Positions 58,049 through 64,000 of a stretch of DNA of 64,000 nucleotides are shown here, one piece after another (position 1 is the stretch's first letter; every line of letters starts with the position of its first letter). The stretch is from Candidatus Latescibacterota bacterium (GTDB lineage Bacteria; Latescibacterota; UBA2968; UBA8231). Where the stretch lies: the NCBI GenBank assembly GCA_965243025.1, contig CBDETY010000003.1, positions 1,984,001 through 2,048,000 of the forward strand, read 5' to 3'. Below the pieces are notes generated by a model. That model had not been told where the DNA came from. It was given only the letters and a program-made list of their open reading frames with translations, and made no database searches. Both the position numbers and the translations under genes were made by a program.

Positions 58049-61000
58049 ATGGCCACGACGACAGCCCGTCTGACCGCGGCGGTCGAGCACTACCTCACCG
58101 ACCTGCAGCGGATCCGCGCCTCCGGCAGCGCCACCGGTGAGCGCTCCAGCTACGGCCCGCTGGCCAACCTGCTGAATGCCCCATCGGCCGCGCCCTGAAG
58201 CCCAAGGTTTTCTGCGTCGGCGAGCTCGCCGACCAAGGGGCCGGCCATCCCGATTTCGGGCTCTATGCGACGAGGCAAGTGCAGAGGGGGGAACCGCGGG
58301 CTGGGCAGGTACCGGAGCGCGGGGTGGTCGAGGTGAAGTCTGCAGACGACGACGCCTGGCTCACCGCAGAGGGCGACCAAGTCAGCCGCTACTGGGACCG
58401 CTACGGTCTCGTGCTGGTGACCAACATCCGCGACTTCGTGCTCGTGGGCGAGGACGCCGAGGGCCGCCCCGCGAAGCTCGAAACCTTCCGTCTGGCAGAA
58501 AGCACCGAGGAGTTCCTCCTCCGATTGGAGAAGCCTTCAGCCTTTGCTCGCGAAGTCGGCGCGGGCCTGGGGGAATATCTGTGCCGGGCGCTGTCGCAGC
58601 GCGCAGCGCTCTCCGAGCCGAGAGACCTGGCATGGCTGCTCGCATCGTACGCCCGCGACGGGCTGGCGCGGGTCGAGGTCGCCGGTGACTCCCCGCTGCT
58701 GAAGACGGTGCGCTCCGCCTTGGAAGAGGCTCTGGGTGTCCGCTTCGAAAGCCCGCGGCGAGGCCTTCTTCCGCTCGACCCTGGTGCAGACTCTGTTCTA
58801 CGGCCTCTTCTCCGCCTGGGTATTGTGGGCGCGGCAGGCCAGGCAGGCCGACCGCTTCGACTGGCGCACCTCGGTCTGGCACCTGCGCGCCCCGGTACTG
58901 CGGGTTCTCTTCCACCAGCTCTCGGGCCCCGCCCGCTTGCGGCGGCTCGATCTGGTGGAGGTAATGGACTGGACCGCAGCAGCTCTCGACCGCGTGGACC
59001 GGACCGCCTTTTTCTCCCGCTTCAACGAAGGCGAAGCCGTGCCCTATTTCTACGAACCCTTCCTCGAAGCCTTTGATCCGGATCTGCGCAAGCAGCTCGG
59101 GGTCTGGTACACCCCGACCGAGGTGGTTCGCTACATGGTCGCTCGCGTCGACAAGGCGTTGCGCGACGATCTCGGAATAGACGACGGGCTGGCCGCAGAC
59201 AACGTCTACGTCCTCGACCCGTGCTGCGGCACGGGCGCCTACCTCGCCGAAGTGTTGCGCCGCATCGCCGCCAACCTCGAAGGCCGCGGCCTCGGGGCGC
59301 TCGCCGGGGCCCGGGTGAAGCAAGCGGCCCTGGAGCGGGTCTTCGGCTTCGAGATCATGCCCGCCCCCTTCGTCGTCGCCCACCTGCAGGTCGGCCTCAC
59401 CATGCAGGACCTCGACGCCCCGCTTGCGGAGGAGGGAGAGGAACGGGCCGGTGTCTTTCTGACCAATGCCTTGACCGGATGGGAGCCGAAGACGGACAAG
59501 CCTCTGCCCTTCCCGGAGTTGGAGGAGGAACGGGACCGCGCCGAGCGCGTGAAGCGGGACACGCCGATTCTCGTGATCCTCGGAAATCCGCCCTACAACG
59601 GATTTGCGGGCGTGGCGGTCGAGGAGGAACGGCAGCTGTCCGAAGCCTACCGCACTACGAGGCGCGTGCGCCGACCCGAGGGCCAGGGGCTGAACGACCT
59701 CTACGTGAGATTCTTCCGCATGGCGGAACGGCGCATCGCCGAGAGGACGGGCCAGGGCGTGGTCTGCTTCATCTCAAACTACTCATGGCTCGACGGGCTG
59801 TCTTTCACCGGAATGCGGGAGCGCTACCTCGAAGCCTTCGACGCGATCCGCATCGACTGCCTGAACGGCGACAAGTACAAGACCGGCAAGGTGGCGCCGG
59901 ACGGCTCACCCGACCCGAGCATCTTTTCCACCGAAGGCGATCCAGTAGGTATCCAACTGGGAACAGCGATTTCGACGCTGGTACGCAAAGCGGACCATGC
60001 CCCGGCCACCGAGATCGGCTTCCGCCATCTATGGGGTCAGGCCAAACCCGCGGAACTGACGGCGACAGCGGAGACGGAACCGGACATGCTCTATGACCCC
60101 ATCGAGCCGGTCTTGCCGCTCGGCTTGCCGTTCGCACAAACTCAAGTGAGTAAGGATTGGTTCGAGTGCCCGGCGCTGCCCGATCTGCTCCCGGTTTCGT
60201 TTCCGGGCGTGAAAACCAGCCGCGACGGGTTTCTTGTCGATACCGATCTCGACCGCCTCAAGGCGCGGGTTGGCGAATACTTCGACGAAACCCTAAACCA
60301 CGACGAGATCGCTCGGCGCTATCCAGGCGTGATGAAAACCACGGCCCGCTACGACGCCCGCGCGGTGCGCGATGCACTGCTCGCACGCGGCGGGCAAATC
60401 GATGCCGGGTTCGTTCGCTTCGCCTACCGGCCGTTTGATAATCGCTGGGTTTACTGGAGGGCGAGACAAAACTTCTTGACGAAAAGCGCGCCGACTACAG
60501 GTCGCATGTATTCGAGGGGAATGTGTGGCTTGAAGCGCGCGAACGGGAAGCCAAAGAAGATTTCTCGCGAGGCACTTTGGTGGGTCATCTTGCCGAAAAT
60601 TTTGGCAACGGGCTTTCGAGTTTCTTTCCGGCGTGGTTGAGGGACGACGGCCTCGGAGTCGGCGCCAACGAAATACAACGCCGGCCCAATTTGTCCGGTG
60701 CCGCCCAACGCTATCTCCACCGAATCGGGGCAAGTGTAGAAGATCTCTTCCACCATGTCCTCGTCACACTTCACGATCCCTCCTACCGCGAGGCCAACAC
60801 CGGGGCGTTGCGCATGGAATGGCCGCGTATTCCCCTGCCAGGCTGGCCGGATGGCGGAGCTGACGGCGCAGCAGAGATGCCCGCTGCATCAGCGGCGCGG
60901 GGCCGCGAACTTGCCCGCCTTCTCGACCCCGACACCCCGGTGTCGGGCGTGACCCAAGGTGAATTGCGTCCAGAGATCGCCGCCATCGCCGTCCCTGCCA

Positions 61001-61383
61001 CCACCGACGGCCGCAACATGACCGTCGACGATTTCGCGCTTACCGCTGGGTGGGGTCATTTCGGAACTGGCGACGCCATCATGCCGGGCCAGGGCCGCAT
61101 CGTCGAGCGGGAGTACACCCCGGGGGAACGTGTCGCCCTTGGCGATGCCATACGCACGCTCGGCGCCAAGACGCTGGACGTGTACCTGAACGAACGTGCC
61201 TACTGGAGCAACGTCCCCGCGGCCATCTGGGACTACAAGCTCGGCGGCTACCAAGTCCTCAAGAAATGGCTATCCTACCGCGAGCCCGATGTCCTCGGGC
61301 GAGCCCTGTCGCCGGAGGAAGTGCTGTACTTTGCGGAGACCGCGAGGAGGGTTGCGAGGCTCTTGTCATTTGACCACTCCTGA
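58049..61383 (+). pseudogene. Single-chain restriction-modification enzyme (nuclease + N6-adenine MTase + Type ISP-like TRD) with three frameshifts
   Basis: HPDFG...VEVK nuclease motif; YFYEPFL, YTPTEVV, LDPCCGTG, GNPPY; YKLGGYQVLKKWLSYR; frame changes near 58181, 58750 and 60456. Confidence 0.87.
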
Positions 61384-61435
61384 CCTCGACATCTCTTCTC
61401 CCAAAGCCCGAACCAGTCTCACTTGCTTATATACG

Positions 61436-62350
61436 ATGCCCTTCCCAGAACAGCTCAAGGTCAAGATTCGGAAACGCGCGAACTTCTGTTGCTGGTGCCG
61501 CCATCCCTCCGAGTCCTACGCGGTGGAGATCCATCACATTATTCCGCAGGCACAAGGAGGAAGGGATACTGAGGATAATGCTGCACCGCTTTGTCCCAAC
61601 TGCCACGGATTACTTGGATCCAATCCGCAGATGCGTAAGCAGATTCGAGAACGTCGGGATCAATGGTATCAGCAATGTGAAGCACAGTTCGCAAGGAATA
61701 GCCAGCAGAAGGGAATTTCGGATACTCTTCAGGATCCTCCATCTAAGGAAGACGTTGAACGTATTGCCGTCCGAAATGCGAGCTATGCCTTGGGTGGCTC
61801 GGAAAGCAGCATTCAATCTTCTCCTGAGCACAGCAGCCGTTACTCCTTTGTTCGTGAGGAATTCGTCCATCCCTTGATTGTTCGTGAGTTGCTGGGGTGG
61901 CTTTCCGACGGAACAGAGACGGTAATCAGCGTAGACATTGCGTCGAGCAATAGAAGCAATCGATTCTATGGCGACTTTGGGGTCAGTGACCATGACGGGC
62001 GATCATGGGTGAAATGGGCAAGTTCCGGAAGAGAGTTCTTCCTCTACGCACACATTGCCACTGCCCCATCGGGCGTCGAGATTGTGGAATGTTACGACTG
62101 TGGTGGAGGCAGTGGCGTGTTTGGTTCAGTAGGACTGTTCTGCCTGGAACATGACCGAGCTCTGGGAGTAGACCGCGACGGGTAGGTGTCCACGCACGAG
62201 CGGGTGATACTCAAGACTCTCGGATCGATCGGTCTGGGCGACAGATACGAAGGCAAGATAGAGTACGAAGATGGATACTTGGTCATCGGTCCTGACAATG
62301 GCTGGTTCAGGAGGGGCCAGGATGCTGCCCGGCAAGTTCCGGTTCGGTAG
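61436..62350 (+). pseudogene. HNH endonuclease fusion with an in-frame TAG at 62183-62185
   Basis: CCWC...EIHHIIPQAQGG...NAAPLCPNCH; the frame continues for 54 codons after the TAG (LGSIGLGDRYEGKIEY). Confidence 0.72.
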
Positions 62351-62373
62351 TCGACACGGTCCCGATGCATTGG

Positions 62374-62406
62374 CTGACATCCCGAACTCTGGCGGCGGGA
62401 TGTCAG
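62374..62406. other. Perfect 11-bp inverted repeat after the HNH gene
   Basis: CTGACATCCCG-N11-CGGGATGTCAG; no U-tract. Confidence 0.5.
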
Positions 62407-62669
62407 TAACTCCTGTGGGCTTATGGGAAGGACAGAGAGGCGTCGACACCAAGGGGATCTGGAGAACCAAGTGGACCACTTTTTGGTTGACATAGATACG
62501 TAGATCCGAGAATCAGAGGTTGACTTGAACGGACGCGGACAGGATAGCCGACTACACTTTGGGGATTGTTCTGCGGGCAACCTGACCCCTGGGCAACCGT
62601 AAGATTAATCAAGCCTGCCGAACAAACAACTTGCTGATTTTCCGCTTTTTTCGGCCGACTCCTTATCCC

Positions 62670-64000
62670 TTGATCCCTCTACCCTACCTTCGCCTCCTGG
62701 TCCTCATTCTCCTGATCGGCCTCGCCTGCGGCGCCGGCGCACAGGAAGGCCTCAAGCACACCCTCAGCGGCTACGTCGAGGACGCGGCCAGCGGCGAGAA
62801 GCTGATCGGGGCCGTCCTGCACGAGCCCGACCTGCAGCAGGGCACGACGACCAACCGCTACGGCTTCTTCAGCCTCACCCTGAAGGCCGGTTCCCTCCGG
62901 GTGGTGGTCTCCCACATCGGCTACCGCAGCGACACCCTCGCCACCGACCTCGACGGCGACCTGCAGCTCAACATCGCCCTCGAGCCGACGCCCCTCGAGA
63001 TGGAGGCGGTCGAGGCCGAGGCGGAGCGGCTCGACCCGATTCAGGAGCAGACGCGGATGAGCGTCGTGCAGGTGCCGGTCCGGCAGATCGAGAGCGCCCC
63101 CGTGCTCATGGGCGAGGTCGACGTCCTCAAGACCCTGCAGCTGCTGCCCGGGGTGCAGTCCGGGAGCGAGGGGATGAGCGGCCTGTACGTGCGCGGCGGC
63201 AGCCCGGACCAGAACCTCATCCTGCTCGACGACGCCCCGGTCTACAACGCCTCCCACCTGTTCGGCTTCTTCTCGGTCTTCAACGCCAAGGCCATCAAGA
63301 ACGTGCAGCTGACCAAGGCCGGCTTCCCGGCCCGCTACGGCGGCCGCCTCTCGTCCGTGCTCGAGATCGACATGAAGGACGGCAACATGAAGGAGTTCGA
63401 GGCCGAGGGCTCGGTCGGGCTGATCGCCTCGCAGCTCACCGTGCAGGGGCCGCTGAGCAGGGACCGGACCTCCTTCATCCTCTCGGGGCGGCGCACCTAC
63501 ATCGACATGCTGGTCCGCCCCTTCATGCCCGGCGACGAGAAGGGGGGCTACCACTTCTACGACCTCAACGCCAAGCTCAACCACATCTTCTCCCCGGACA
63601 GCCGCGTGTACCTGAGCCTGTACAGCGGCGACGACCGCTTCTGGACCGATATCGAGGAAAAGTACGGGGCCGGAAGCTACCGCGAGGAGGACAGCACCGA
63701 GGCGGACTTCGGGTGGGGGAACGTCACCTCCACCCTGCGCTGGAACTACCTGTTCAGCAACCGCCTCTTCGCCAACCTCACGGCGATCTACAGCCGTTAC
63801 CGGTTCTCCACCAACGTCGACCAGCGCTCCCTCCAGGTCATCGGGGGGGAACGGGAGAACGAGACCCTGCGGCTGCGCTACCTGTCCGGCATCCGCGACT
63901 GGGGGCTGAAGCTCGACCTCGACTACATCCCCGACCCCGCCCACTACATCCGCTTCGGGGGCAGCGGCACCCTGCACACCTACAGCCCCGGGGCGGCGCA
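62670..64000 (+). CDS. TonB-dependent receptor (partial, runs off the window)
   Basis: Not in the ORF track; translated by hand: signal peptide, TLSGYVEDAASGEKLIGA, TTTNRYGFFSL, DVLKTLQLLPGVQ, YVRGGSPDQNLILLD, ARYGGRLSSV. Confidence 0.92.
   Translation, partial: MIPLPYLRLLVLILLIGLACGAGAQEGLKHTLSGYVEDAASGEKLIGAVLHEPDLQQGTTTNRYGFFSLTLKAGSLRVVVSHIGYRSDTLATDLDGDLQLNIALEPTPLEMEAVEAEAERLDPIQEQTRMSVVQVPVRQIESAPVLMGEVDVLKTLQLLPGVQSGSEGMSGLYVRGGSPDQNLILLDDAPVYNASHLFGFFSVFNAKAIKNVQLTKAGFPARYGGRLSSVLEIDMKDGNMKEFEAEGSVGLIASQLTVQGPLSRDRTSFILSGRRTYIDMLVRPFMPGDEKGGYHFYDLNAKLNHIFSPDSRVYLSLYSGDDRFWTDIEEKYGAGSYREEDSTEADFGWGNVTSTLRWNYLFSNRLFANLTAIYSRYRFSTNVDQRSLQVIGGERENETLRLRYLSGIRDWGLKLDLDYIPDPAHYIRFGGSGTLHTYSPGAA

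Noticed and set aside
62375-62384. Link between TGACATCCCG here and the same 10-mer at 1102 in the IS repeat
   Set aside because: A single 10-mer match is compatible with chance and the flanks are unrelated.

Overview
A high-GC bacterial chromosome segment. The paralog expansions (five PhyH dioxygenases, two Gfo/Idh/MocA, two Ldh_2), beta-propeller hydrolases, a SusC-like TonB receptor and a C-terminal 'SWxxIK' secreted protein suggest a Latescibacterota/Gemmatimonadota-like heterotroph; this is inference only. The core genes are housekeeping (nadC, proS, thrS, fhs, dCMP deaminase) and catabolic. Accessory parts: (i) an IS1595-family element at the left edge that interrupts a gene and carries about 900 bp of internally repeated non-genic DNA with an inward-facing promoter; (ii) three decayed type II toxin-antitoxin modules and one intact AbiE type IV module with a palindromic operator; (iii) a lower-GC defence-like island at about 55.9-62.4 kb with a tandem 82-bp repeat carrying IHF boxes, a Schlafen/AlbA ATPase, a triply frameshifted single-chain restriction-modification gene and an HNH nuclease with an in-frame amber stop. 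A structured, terminator-capped leader precedes thrS. No rRNA, tRNA or CRISPR array was found. Start codons were adjusted by eye, and all family calls come from motif recognition, not database searches.
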